Notes under the pieces: model-generated
Database searches by the model: none
What the model saw: the letters and a program-made list of their open reading frames with translations, nothing else
What the model was told of the DNA's origin: nothing
NCBI GenBank assembly: GCA_963849325.1
Contig: CAWKHF010000001.1
Location: 512,001-576,000 of the forward strand
DNA from: an uncultured Planctomycetota bacterium
Lineage (GTDB): Bacteria; Planctomycetota; Planctomycetia; Gemmatales; Gemmataceae
Length of the DNA: 64,000 nt
Direction: 5' to 3'
Translations under genes and position numbers: made by a program
Shown here: positions 40,891-51,385 of the stretch, piece after piece
Layout: each line of letters starts with the position of its first letter
How positions within the stretch are numbered: the stretch's first letter is position 1

Positions 40891-43092
40891 ATGCTGTCCC
40901 TTGTCAACAATCTGTCGGCGTTGACCGCCGAGAACAACCTGAACAACGCGAACAGCGCGCTGAGCACCTCGCTGCAGCGTTTGTCGTCGGGCTTGCGCAT
41001 CAACAGCGGAGCGGACGACCCGGCCGGCCTGGTCATTAGCCAGGAGCAGCAGGCGCAGATGAGCGGCCTGCAAACGGCCATCTCCAACACCTCCACGGCC
41101 ACCAACGTGGTGCAGATCGCCGACGGGGCGCTCAACGAGACCAGCTCACTGCTGCTGCAGATCCGCGGCCTGGCGGTCAGCGCCGCCAACTCCGGCACCA
41201 ACGATGCTACCAGCTTGGCCGCCGACCAGGCCCAGATCGCCAACGCCCTCCAGACCATCGACAGCATCGCCAACACGACGCGGTTCGGTAGCACGACCCT
41301 GCTCGACGGCAGCCACAACGGGACGGCCGGCGCGACGACCAGCGGCAATACGACCGGAGTGACCGCCACGGCCACGGGTGCGACTGCCGGCACCTATACG
41401 ATTAGCGGCGTGACGCTGGCTACCGCGGCGACCGTCAAGGGAAGTGTCTCCGGTGGTGGATACGCCAGCACCGTTAGTACGGCCCTGGCTGTCGGTCAGA
41501 AGGAAACCTTCAACATTTCCGTCGGTAGTGCCCCGAACTCGGCGATCACGGTCGACAACAGCAGTGGCACGACGGCCATGACCGTCCAGAATGTCATGGA
41601 CGCGATCAACACGCAGTTAACCTCGGATTCCATCGCTGCCAAGGCTTCCTTCGCCTCCAATCAGATCGAAATCACGTCCACGGCCACGGGCAGCAGCGCT
41701 AGCGTCGCGATTTCGAATGATAACGTGAGCGGTACTCTCCCGGCAGGTACAGCATTAGGTGGAGGAGTATCGACCAACTCGGTCTTCGGTACGGATGCTA
41801 CCGCAGCTACCATCACCGGAAGCACCACCTACGGCGCCACCACTAGCACTGCCCTGACTTCCAGTCAGACGGAATCCTTCACGATTACAGACGGGAATGG
41901 CAACTCTACCACTGTCAGTCTCAACGGCAGTACCCAGAGCACCGTCGGGCAGATCATCACCGCGATCAACAACGATGCTACCACTAACAACGTCGGCGTC
42001 TCGGCTTCGTTTTTAGGCGGCCACATCGTACTTACGTCCACGGCTACCGGCAGCAGCGCCAGCATCTCGATTTCGAGTGATACCCCTCCCTCCTCGGGAG
42101 GTACCGGGTTCACGAACACCGGCACCCCGGTCACCGGTACGAATGCTAGCAAAGCTACCCTCACCGGAAGCGTCCCCGGTGGATACACCAACGTTAATAG
42201 CGCTGCCCTGAATGCCGGTCAGAAGGAAACATTCACGATTTCCGACGGAACCAACACGGCCTCTGTCAATCTCGACAACACAGCCGGCACGAGCGCCATG
42301 ACCGTCCAGGACGTCATCAACCAGATCAACTCCGATGCTACCACTCACAGCGTCGGTCTCAAGGCTTCGTTTGCAGGCAACCAAATCGTACTTACGTCCA
42401 CGGCCACCGGCAGCACTGCCAATGTTCAGGTTCAAAATGATACTCTTACCAACCCGGCAGGTACAGGATTCACAGCCACATCGACGACGGGAGCGGATAT
42501 CAAGGCCACGGTCAACAATGGCACCACCAGCAGCAGCGTGACGGGAACCGGCAACACGCTGACGGTCGCCACGGGCCTCACCTTCACGGCGGATCCGACC
42601 ACGTATAACACCGGCGGTGGCAACACGACGATAACGGTGGCGGCCTCCAACGCCCTCGTCTTCCAGATCGGCGCCAACGCCGGCGACACGGCCAGCCTGT
42701 CCATCGCCAGCGCCCTGAGCACGGCGCTGGGCAAGAACGCCTCCGCCACGCCCGGCAGCGGCGAAACGACAAATCAATTCTCCAGCCTCAATACCATCGA
42801 CGTCACCAAGAATGCCTCGGACGTCATCGAGGTGGTGGACAAGGCGATCAGCGACGTCTCGAGCTTGCAAGGCAATCTTGGCGCCTTCCAGGACAATACG
42901 CTGCAGGCGACCTCCGCGAATCTGCAGTCGGCCTTGCAGAACACCACGGCGGCCGATTCGACCATCCGGGACACCAACTTCGCCACGGAGACGGCCAACT
43001 TCACCCAGGACCAGGTGCTGGTGCAGGCGGGCACGCAAGTGCTCAAGAACGCCAACCAACTCCCGCAGCTGGTGCTGACCCTGTTGCAGTAA
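40891..43092 (+). CDS. fliC: Flagellin (733 aa)
   Basis: RLSSGLRINSGADDPAGL, QIADGALNE, FQIGAN, LGAFQ, STIRDTNFA and ANQLPQLVL.LL. Confidence 0.97.
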   Translation: MLSLVNNLSALTAENNLNNANSALSTSLQRLSSGLRINSGADDPAGLVISQEQQAQMSGLQTAISNTSTATNVVQIADGALNETSSLLLQIRGLAVSAANSGTNDATSLAADQAQIANALQTIDSIANTTRFGSTTLLDGSHNGTAGATTSGNTTGVTATATGATAGTYTISGVTLATAATVKGSVSGGGYASTVSTALAVGQKETFNISVGSAPNSAITVDNSSGTTAMTVQNVMDAINTQLTSDSIAAKASFASNQIEITSTATGSSASVAISNDNVSGTLPAGTALGGGVSTNSVFGTDATAATITGSTTYGATTSTALTSSQTESFTITDGNGNSTTVSLNGSTQSTVGQIITAINNDATTNNVGVSASFLGGHIVLTSTATGSSASISISSDTPPSSGGTGFTNTGTPVTGTNASKATLTGSVPGGYTNVNSAALNAGQKETFTISDGTNTASVNLDNTAGTSAMTVQDVINQINSDATTHSVGLKASFAGNQIVLTSTATGSTANVQVQNDTLTNPAGTGFTATSTTGADIKATVNNGTTSSSVTGTGNTLTVATGLTFTADPTTYNTGGGNTTITVAASNALVFQIGANAGDTASLSIASALSTALGKNASATPGSGETTNQFSSLNTIDVTKNASDVIEVVDKAISDVSSLQGNLGAFQDNTLQATSANLQSALQNTTAADSTIRDTNFATETANFTQDQVLVQAGTQVLKNANQLPQLVLTLLQ

Positions 43093-43100
43093 CACCGGCC

Positions 43101-43161
43101 GGGGAGGGTGGAGGGTGGAAGGTGAATTCTTCCCTCCACCCTCCATCCTTCACCCTCCACC
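43101..43161. repeat. Inverted heptamer repeat (GGAGGGT / ACCCTCC) hairpin after fliC
   Basis: GGAGGGTGGAGGGTGGAAGGTG...CCCTCCACCCTCCATCCTTCACCCTCCACC. Confidence 0.8.
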
Positions 43162-43250
43162 GTATGCTATAGTTCGGCAGAGGAACAGTCGTCCGACGGC
43201 CGCGCCCGACGGAGGCTGGCACCGTGTAACGGTCGATCAGGAGTACAGCC

Positions 43251-45696
43251 ATGTCCGCCATCTCGTCGGCCGGCAGCAGTTCGCCCGCTAGCAGCCTCAG
43301 CAGTAGCACCGGCACGAACAGCAACTCCATCACCGGCCTGAATACCAGCGGCATCTCCTTCCAGGGTCTGGTCAGCGGATTGAACACCGACCAGATTGTC
43401 CAAGCCCTGCTCGCTCCCGAGCAACAGCAGATAACCGACCTGCAAAATCAGCAGGCCCAGATTACGCAGCAAGAATCGGCCTACAACAACATCCAGTCGT
43501 ACTTGACGGCCCTGCAAACGTCGCTGAGCGGTCTGTCGTCCACGACCAACAGCGTCTTCGACGGCCGAACGGCCACTTCCAGCAACAGCAGCGTGGCGAC
43601 GGCCTCCGCCAGCAGCGGCGCCGCGCCCGGCGTGTACAATTTCACCGTCAACAGCCTGGCCCAGGCACAAGAAATCTCGTCGCAGGGCTTCGACTCGTCC
43701 AGCAGCGCCATCACGCAGGGGACGTTCCAGTTCCAGGTCGGCAGCGGCGCCGTCAACACCATCACCATCGACGGCAGCAACGACACGCTGCAAGGCTTGG
43801 CCAACGCCATCAACAGCGACAACGCCGGCGTGACCGCTTCCATCGTCAACGACGGCAGCGCCTCCCAGGGCAACCACCTGCTGCTGACCTCGGATAACAG
43901 CGGCACCGCCAACGACATCACCATCACCAACAACCTGGCCGCCGACGGCAGCGGCGCCATGCGTCCGGAGTTCAACGCCACCTACGTCGGCGCCGCCGTC
44001 ACCGGCTCGAATTGGAGCGGCACGTCCACGCCGACTTCCAACGCCGGCAGCGGCAACTACACGGGAACGAGCAACGACACCTTCACCTTCACCGTCACCA
44101 ACGGCGGCAACTTCAACGATCCGGCGACGCAGATCACCTACAGCAACAGCAACGGCTCCATCACCGGCACGATCACCGGCTCTCAGCTCCAGGCCGGCCA
44201 ACCAGTCAACGTCGCCGAGGCCGTCCAGGTTTCCTTCAGCAGCGGAACACTGACGACAGGGCAGAGTTTCACCATCAAGGCGTTCGATCCCAACACGCAG
44301 GCGGCGGCCGACGCCTCCGTGACGGTCGGCTCCGGCAGCGGCGCCTTGACCGTCACCAGCTCGAGCAACCAAGTACAAAATCTGTTCAACGGCATCACGC
44401 TGAACCTTGTTGGCACCAGCTCCACGCCGGTCAGCGTCACCGTGGCCAACAACGCTTCAGTCCGCCGCCACCAGCATCGACAATTTCGTCAGTGCCTACA
44501 ATCAGCTCATCGGCTACATCAATCAGAACGATAGTTACAATGCGCAGACCAACCAGGCCGGCATCCTGCTCGGCGATTTCAACGCCACCAGCATTAACTA
44601 TCGCCTCGGCGAAGCCGTCACCAGCGCCGTGTCCGGCGTCAACCAGCTGGCGGACTCGCTCGGCGCCGTCGGCATCACGGTGAACGCCGACGGCACGCTG
44701 TCGGTGAACAACACCACGCTCAACCAGGCGTTGAGCGGCCAGGTCGCCGGCGTCTCGGCCAACGACGTGCGCCGCCTGTTCGTGCAGGACGGTCAATCGT
44801 CCAATCCGCAGGTGCAGTACGTCTACGCTCCCAGCACCCTCCAGGCGGTCGGCGGCCCGGTCCAGGTGCAGATCACGCAGGCGGCCACGCAGGGCGCCGC
44901 CACGGCCACCAACGCCCTCGCCGCCTCCACGACCCTTTCCTCCAGCAATGACACCTTCAGCGTCACCGTGGACGGTCACACGTCCGGGACGATCACGCTG
45001 GCCGACGGGACGTACACATCCGCGCAGCTGGCCCAGCAGGTGCAATCGGCCATCAACGCCGACAGCCAGCTCGACGGCGCCTCGGTGACGGCCACGGTCA
45101 ACGGCAGCGGCCAGCTCGTGCTGACCTCGGCCAGCTACGGCTCGCAATCGCAGGCGTCCATCGGCAGCGGCACCGCCCTGTCGGCGCTGGGATTCACTGG
45201 CAGCGAGTCGGGCCAGGGACAGGACGTGGCCGGGAATTTCATCTACAACGGCGTCACCGAGACGGCCACCGGCAACGGGCAAGTCCTGACCGGCAATTCA
45301 GGCAATCAATACACCAGCGGCCTGGTCGTACTCTCCACCTTGACGCCGGCGCAGGTCAGCGGTAGTCCCGAGGCCAACGTCACGGTCACCCAGGGCGTCG
45401 CCGCTCAGCTCGGCAACGTGCTCAACCAGATGCTCGATCCGGCCACCGGCCAGATCCCGACCGCCACCCAGGGCTTGCAGGCCCAGTCCACCAACATCGG
45501 CCAGGCCATCACGCGGCAGCAGCAGCAAATGCAGCAGATGCAGCAGGCCTTACTCGCAGAGTTCACCAACATGGAGACGGTGCTGGCGCAGCTGCAGTCC
45601 GCCGGCAATAGCCTGAACGCCTCGCTGACCGGCCTGAACTCCTCAAGCGGGTCGAGCAACAGCAGCAGCAGCGGCAACAGCAGCACTACCCTCTAA
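43251..45696 (+). CDS. fliD: Filament cap protein FliD, ~815 aa (one indel near 44455)
   Basis: GLVSGLNTDQIV, LAQA, GITLNL, FVSAYN, GILLGD and C-terminal FTNMETVLAQL. Confidence 0.92.
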
Positions 45697-45727
45697 CCGC
45701 GTCCCTCGGCTCCCGCGAAGAAGGTGC

Positions 45728-46144
45728 ATGATGAACCCCTATGCGAAATATCAGCAGCTCACCCCCAGTTGGACGCGCATCGACATGCTCCTGGCCCTGT
45801 ACGATGGGGCCGTCGAGCGCGGCGAGCAAGCCCTGGCCGCGCTGGAGCGCCAGGACCAGGCGGCCGCCCGCAAGCTGCTCGTCAAGGCCCGCTTGATCGT
45901 GATGGGCCTGGCCTCCGGCGTCATCCCCGACGGCGATCCGGTGACGACGAACATGCTGCGGCTCTACGAGTTCGCCCAGCACGCGCTGGAGCAGGGGAGC
46001 GTCGAGGACGTGCGCGGGGCGCTGAAGGTGCTGCGTATCCTGCGTGAAGGGTTTCAAAAAGTCCGTCCCGAGGTCGTCGCCCTGGAGCGCAGGCGGGGCG
46101 CTCCCGCCGATCCCATCCGAATCGACGCTGCGAATGTTGGCCTG
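45728..46144 (+). CDS. fliS: Flagellin chaperone FliS (indel near the 3' end)
   Basis: NPYAKY, LLALYDGAV, LRLYEF and LREGF. Follows fliD. Confidence 0.88.
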
Positions 46145-46151
46145 ACGCCGG

Positions 46152-46226
46152 CATCCGTTTAGCCGCGACGCGCAGCGGAGCGCGGGAGAGTCCCGCGCTC
46201 CGCTGCGCGTCGCGGCTAAACGGATG
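46152..46226. repeat. REP/REPIN-like inverted repeat, family B
   Basis: Family B arms. Supplies the psd stop codon. Confidence 0.92.
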
Positions 46227-47187
46227 GCCCTTTGAGGCGCAGCAAAATCGTGCTGCCGCCGTGGACCGTATCGCCCACCTTGACGTCCACCTTCTCAACC
46301 AGCTCCACCGGCACCGATACCTCGGTGCGCGAGCCGAACTTGATCATGCCCAGCCGTTCGCCGGCGCGTACCTCCTCGTCCGGTTTGAGCCAGCACACGA
46401 TCCGCCGGGCGATGGCGCCGGCGATCTGCTTGACGCGCACCCGGCCGCCGGTTCGCGCATCGATGAGGTCGATCCAGAACTGCTCGTTGCGGACGGCGCA
46501 GTCGGCGGCGCGGGCGTCGAGAAATTCGCCGGGATAGTAGCGCAGGGCGGCAACGCGGCCGGCGCGCGGCAGACGGTTGACGTGGACGTTGAACACCGAC
46601 AGGAAGATGCTGATAGTGAAGGCACGGCCGCCGGGGAAGTCGGCGTCGGCCGTTTCGCCAACGTGTGTCACGGTGCCGTCGGCGGGGCTGAGCAGGGCGT
46701 CCGCGTCGGTGGGGATGGTTCGCTCCGGATCGCGGAAGAAGGACAACACGAACAGCCACGGCGCCAGCACCAGGACCAGCAGGAAAAAGAGCGCGGGGTG
46801 TACCAGGACGCCGAGCAGGACGGCACCGGCGGCGACGAGGAGAAAGACGCCGCTGAAGACGAGCAGCTCGGCCAGGCCGGCGCGGGCGAGGCGGAGCCGG
46901 CCGCGCCAGGCGAACGGATCGTCCTCCGGTCGAAACCAGTAGCCGCACACATTGCGGTAGAGCTTCACGTCGCGCGGATCGAGGATGTCGTGGGGGCAGT
47001 TAGGACAATGGCCCTGACGGCGCTCGGCCATGCGGCGGACGTAACCCGGCCGAAAGCGGCGCAGCCAGGCACGGCGGCAGCGGCCCCAGGCGCGTTCGAG
47101 TCCGAAGCAGAAGCCGCCACCGGGCTGGATGCTGGTTATGGGGGCGCTCTGGAGGGAAGTCGGAAGCGGTGCGATCGTCGTTGCCAT
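46216..47187 (-). CDS. psd: Phosphatidylserine decarboxylase proenzyme
   Basis: FFRDPER, SPADG, IFLSVFNVHVNR, QIAG.IARRI and the FGSR cleavage motif. Confidence 0.93.
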   Translation of the reverse strand: MATTIAPLPTSLQSAPITSIQPGGGFCFGLERAWGRCRRAWLRRFRPGYVRRMAERRQGHCPNCPHDILDPRDVKLYRNVCGYWFRPEDDPFAWRGRLRLARAGLAELLVFSGVFLLVAAGAVLLGVLVHPALFFLLVLVLAPWLFVLSFFRDPERTIPTDADALLSPADGTVTHVGETADADFPGGRAFTISIFLSVFNVHVNRLPRAGRVAALRYYPGEFLDARAADCAVRNEQFWIDLIDARTGGRVRVKQIAGAIARRIVCWLKPDEEVRAGERLGMIKFGSRTEVSVPVELVEKVDVKVGDTVHGGSTILLRLKGPSV

Positions 47188-47220
47188 ACCCGACAGGATA
47201 GCAACGAAGCGGTGCCGCGC

Positions 47221-47712
47221 CTATTCGTCTGGAGGTGGCCGCAGCTGCGTGCCGGAGTTCGTGACCGAGCGCGAGCGGAATTTTTCCAGCACGCTCGATT
47301 TGATGGCCAGCGGATTGCGCGGTGTCGGCGCGGCCGTCGCGCTCGGCGCGACTGGCGGGGCGGCCGTGGTCGATTCCGTCTCGGCAGGCGTCGCCGCGGC
47401 AGGGGCAACCGGCGAGGGAACGGCGACGGCCGCGCCGCTGGGGATGTCCAGGCTGCCGAACAACTCGTGGAACTCGGCCTCCTTGACCGGCTGCTGGAAG
47501 CCGAAATAGTCGATGTGCGAGTAGGGGATGAAAAAAACACGGCCGGCGTCCGTGCTGCCGGCCAGGCGTCCCCGAATGGCCAGGCACTCCGGGTCGATGC
47601 GCAGCAGGCACTGGATGGCGATCTCGGTGCCGCTGACCGTCATCAGCATCAACTTGTCCTGCTGCGCGGCCGGAATGTGGCGCAGCAGTTTCATCCACGC
47701 GGCACTGTGCAT
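47221..47712 (-). CDS. Hypothetical protein
   Basis: Globular N-half (RGRLAGSTDAGRVFFIPY) with an A/P tail. GAGG SD. Confidence 0.7.
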   Translation of the reverse strand: MHSAAWMKLLRHIPAAQQDKLMLMTVSGTEIAIQCLLRIDPECLAIRGRLAGSTDAGRVFFIPYSHIDYFGFQQPVKEAEFHELFGSLDIPSGAAVAVPSPVAPAAATPAETESTTAAPPVAPSATAAPTPRNPLAIKSSVLEKFRSRSVTNSGTQLRPPPDE

Positions 47713-47825
47713 GGTACCCCTCGGCGGGAACTCGCCCTCCGTCCGGGCGCAGCGCTCTCGACGAGGCGCCGGCGGCGACTATTCCCTGCCCAATCCTAGC
47801 TCACAAATCGTCCAACAAAAAGTTC

Positions 47826-47889
47826 CCCGTTTAGCCGCGACGCGCAGCGGAGCGCTCTCGCGCTCCGCTGCGCGTCGCGGCTAAACGGG
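47826..47889. repeat. REP/REPIN-like inverted repeat, family B
   Basis: Family B arms. Supplies the HAD-ATPase stop codon. Confidence 0.92.
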
Positions 47890-49610
47890 ACCCACCGCGT
47901 TGACCGGGACGGTGTAGTGCTTCTCGACGGCCGCGCGGATGCGCGTGCGACTGTCGGCGGCGGACAGACTCGTCTCCCGTTCGACGGACTCCACCTCGTC
48001 GGCCAGGGTCTTGTCGCCGATGCTGTCGCGGAACCAGCGCGAGTATTCGCCGCCGCGGAGATGGTGCAGCCAGGTATCGTCGTCCACGCCGTCGGCCAGC
48101 GCCAGAAACATCCACAAGTTATGGGCGCGCAAATTGAGCTTCTGGTCCGGCCCCCGAAAGTAGAAGCTGCGCTCGGGGACCAGCACGCCCTCGGCGTATT
48201 TCCGGCTGTGACGGCGGCGCTCGGTTCGCGCCGGCTCCACTTCGACGACAAACGGCGGTCGGCCGTCGGGTTGACGATACCAGGCCGCCACCTCTCCCTT
48301 CTTCAACGCCGCCGGCACGTCGCGCGGCGGCGCTTCGCCGAACGCCTCGGTGAACTCGCGCAGCGTAGCGCCGGGGTTTTCGCCCACGGCCAACGCGATG
48401 TTGACTTGCTGGAGCACTCCCGGCGACACCATGCCGGGATGGACCGTAATGAGCAGGGTCGAGTTGAGCTGCTGCGGCAGGGCGTCGGGGGCCAGCTGCC
48501 CCGCCGTCGGGCACAGGTGATGCGCCTCGTCCAGAATGAGCCAGTGCGGCCGGCCGATGGTCGCCCGCAGTTCCTGCAAGCGCGGCAGCAAACCGGCGAA
48601 AAACGCCGGCCGATCGGTCAGCGGCACGTCCAGCAGGTTGACGACCACGTTCTGCCGCGATTGACGTAACAGCTGCAACACCTCGTCGGTGCCGGGCACG
48701 CGCTTGGGGTCGCCCAGGACGATGGCCTCCTCCAAATTCTGGTAATCGCCCTCGGGATCGATGACGCAGAACTGGTAGCCGGCCCCGGCCAGGCGTTCCA
48801 TCAAGCCGGTCGTCACCGTCGATTTGCCGCTGCCGGACGGCCCGGCGACGAGGAGGGTGCTGCCGTAGGGCGGCACGCCCACTTCGTCGCCGTCCGGCCG
48901 CCGGCCCAGCAGGACGTGATGGCGCGTCAACCGCTCGTCGCGGTCGCGCAGGTCGTCGTCGAGCAGCTCGTCGATCAGCTCGACCACTCCCCGGCCGTGA
49001 TCGGCCGCGGTGACGAAGTCGGCGGTCTCCTTGAGCTTGGGCAGAGCGTTGGACACGGCCGCCGAGCACTCGCACAGCGACAGGAACGCATGGTCGTTCT
49101 CGGCATCGCCGATGCCGACGACGTTGTGCGCGGACAGGCCCATCTCTTTCAGCGCCGCTTTCAGGCCGGTCGCCTTGTTGACGCCGGTGGGCAAGACCAT
49201 GACCGCGTCCTTATTGAAGATGACGTGCATCTCCAATCCCAGGTCGCGGATCACTTCTAGCACGGAGACCTCGTGCGGCCGCCAGGTCGCCACGATGCTA
49301 CGGCCGACGGAGATCGGCAGTCGGCGGGCGCGCAGGCGCGGACGAAGTCTTCCGGCGGGGCAGGCGCCAGGATCTTTTCCTCGCGGCGGCCCGGGTAGTA
49401 GAGCAGACCGCCATTCTCGGCGACAATGGTGTCGAACAGCTCCAGATGGGAGCAGACGGTTTTCAGGTCGTCCAGCTCGCGGCCGGTGACGAGGAAGACC
49501 TTGCGTCCCGAAGCGCGCAGCCGCCGCACGGCGTCCCAGATGTCGTCGGACACCCGGCCGTCGGTGGCGAGAGTGCCGTCGTAATCCGTCGCCAGGACGA
49601 GGTAACGCAT
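47881..49610 (-). CDS. HAD-IIB hydrolase fused to a P-loop ATPase (one indel)
   Basis: ATDYDGTLA, VTGR, ENG, NKATG and GDAENDH, then GPSGSGKST, IDPEGDY and ILDEAHH. Confidence 0.88.
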
Positions 49611-49678
49611 ACACACCTCCGGCGTGGCCGAACGAGGAGAATTCGTCCACAACAGAGGTAGGCAATTGTCGTGCCGAT

Positions 49679-49888
49679 CTAGTTGAGCGAGAAGCGAAGG
49701 TCGAACGCGGGGGTGGGGCGGAGCAGGGTGCGAAGACTACCGGACACCGCGAGGACTTCCATCTGCCGCAGGCGTGTGCCGCCCGTCGAGGCAGGTTCCG
49801 AAACCGAGGAGCGAACTCCTCGAGTGGCCGAGGCCAGGGCGACCAAACCCGCGGCCACGACCAGGGCGCCGACCAGACAACGAGCCAT
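49679..49888 (-). CDS. Small hypothetical exported protein
   Basis: GGAG SD and hydrophobic N-terminus. Short, with no recognised family. Confidence 0.3.
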   Translation of the reverse strand: MARCLVGALVVAAGLVALASATRGVRSSVSEPASTGGTRLRQMEVLAVSGSLRTLLRPTPAFDLRFSLN

Positions 49889-50106
49889 ATTGTTCTCCGA
49901 GTTGGTGCGACGTTGCACACGGCGGACCAGGACACCAATGTCCCGGAATCGCCCCAAGCCCAACCCTGACCGGCATTACCGGCGGGCGAGCTTGTCTTCA
50001 GGCCGAAGAAGCCTGAATAATATAATTTTACGCCGAAAGGCCAAATTGTGACAAGAACAGATTTCGATGTGTTCGCCTGTGCGAACATGGATAGAAGGGA
50101 GAATGT

Positions 50107-50493
50107 ATGTCCGGGCCGTTCATCGTGCATCTGGACCACTGCTCCGTCATCATCACGGATGTGGAGCGCAGCCGGCGTTTTTACGGAGAGTTGCTCGGCC
50201 TGCGCGAGATCGCCAAGCCGCGCACCTTCGATTTCGTGGTGATCTGGTACGACCTGGGCAATCAGCACCTGCACCTGCTGCTCAAGGACGAAGCGGACAG
50301 GCTCAGCGCCCGCCACTTCGCCCTGCGCGTGGCCGACATCCGCGCCGCCCGCGCTCACTTTGCCGCTCGCGGTGTAGCGATGCAGGAGACGACGCCCATT
50401 CCCGGCGCCGACCGTTTCTTCATCCACGATCCGGACGGCAACCGCATCGAGATCATCCAGTGGTTGCGACCCTATGATCCCTCCGAGCAATGA
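50107..50493 (+). CDS. VOC/glyoxalase family protein
   Basis: LDHCSV..DVERSRRFY, HFALRV.D and DPDGNRIE. Confidence 0.92.
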   Translation: MSGPFIVHLDHCSVIITDVERSRRFYGELLGLREIAKPRTFDFVVIWYDLGNQHLHLLLKDEADRLSARHFALRVADIRAARAHFAARGVAMQETTPIPGADRFFIHDPDGNRIEIIQWLRPYDPSEQ

Positions 50494-50508
50494 GGTGCGA
50501 GCGGACGG

Positions 50509-50862
50509 TCACTTGGGGGCCGGTTGTTCGGCCGGCAGCGCGGCGCCAGGACCGTTCGACGGCCTGGGACCGCAAGGTTGCCGCAAAATGTCGTTCAAAA
50601 CATCCACGGCCCAGCGATCCTCGAATCGTGACAGGTCAGCCACAAGGTCGATCATTCTCTGGAGCAGGGCACCTTCATCGGTTTGGAGCGGCAACAGAAT
50701 GGTCGGCGCATCCTCATCCTCTCCAGGAGCTTCAAACAGCAGCATCACGGAATTGACGGCCGGGCCAAGGAGTTTCCAGCCGTGGCTAAGCAGGTAAGCC
50801 TGCGCCGCTTCCGGCCGAACCTGGGTGATGCGCGGATCAATCCAACGATTGTGGAACTTCAT
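50509..50862 (-). CDS. Hypothetical protein coupled to the DUF4365 gene
   Basis: ATGA overlap with the upstream gene. Contains AYLLSHGW and ends ..LSRFEDR..VLNDI. Confidence 0.7.
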   Translation of the reverse strand: MKFHNRWIDPRITQVRPEAAQAYLLSHGWKLLGPAVNSVMLLFEAPGEDEDAPTILLPLQTDEGALLQRMIDLVADLSRFEDRWAVDVLNDILRQPCGPRPSNGPGAALPAEQPAPK

Positions 50863-51365
50863 GAACGTCTCCTTTTCCGGGCTTGGCGCAGCAAGGTTCG
50901 CACCGTTTCGCTGGTGAAGCGATTCGCCAACGGGATGGTCACACGGATCGAGCGACGCGCGGCGAGTGGCGGCGCTCCTTCCAGCGATAACCAGTAGGCA
51001 CAGTGCCGAATCGATAATTCGTTCGGCGATTGACTCAACCAGTGTTCCTCTTCTTTCGGTAAGACAAGGACGACGAGGAGGCGCGGGCATCCCGCGGAGA
51101 CAATCCGCAAGTCATTATACGTATCCATGTCGAGGTCATAGTTCAGGGTGGTATCTGTCCGGTTTGCGCGGGTCGTGCCGCGCAATTGGAGATCGATCTG
51201 GACGCTCGTGTCGTGATAGCGTCGGTCTCGGACAGCGATCTCTCGCAAGGAGAGATCAATGCCGTAGTCCGGCTCGGGCTTGGAAGAGGTCGCGCCCGCC
51301 AACGCCGCGACGGCCTGCACGTAGGCCCGGCACAATGCTTCCTGCCGATGATTCCGCGTCATCAT
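50859..51365 (-). CDS. DUF4365 (PD-(D/E)xK-like) protein
   Basis: QEALCRAYVQAVAA, PDYGIDL, QLRGT, YNDLR, LLVVLVLP and AYWLSL. Confidence 0.8.
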   Translation of the reverse strand: MMTRNHRQEALCRAYVQAVAALAGATSSKPEPDYGIDLSLREIAVRDRRYHDTSVQIDLQLRGTTRANRTDTTLNYDLDMDTYNDLRIVSAGCPRLLVVLVLPKEEEHWLSQSPNELSIRHCAYWLSLEGAPPLAARRSIRVTIPLANRFTSETVRTLLRQARKRRRS

Positions 51366-51385
51366 CCTTCGGCCTCCTGCCCTCG

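Noticed and set aside
46145-46162. fliS stop supplied by the family B repeat
   Set aside because: A one-base correction gives a more natural end (GALPPIPSESTLRMLA) at TGA 46144.
47881-50490. 869-aa ORF
   Set aside because: Its 5' part is antisense to the glyoxalase gene and crosses intergenic DNA. The real gene starts at 49610.
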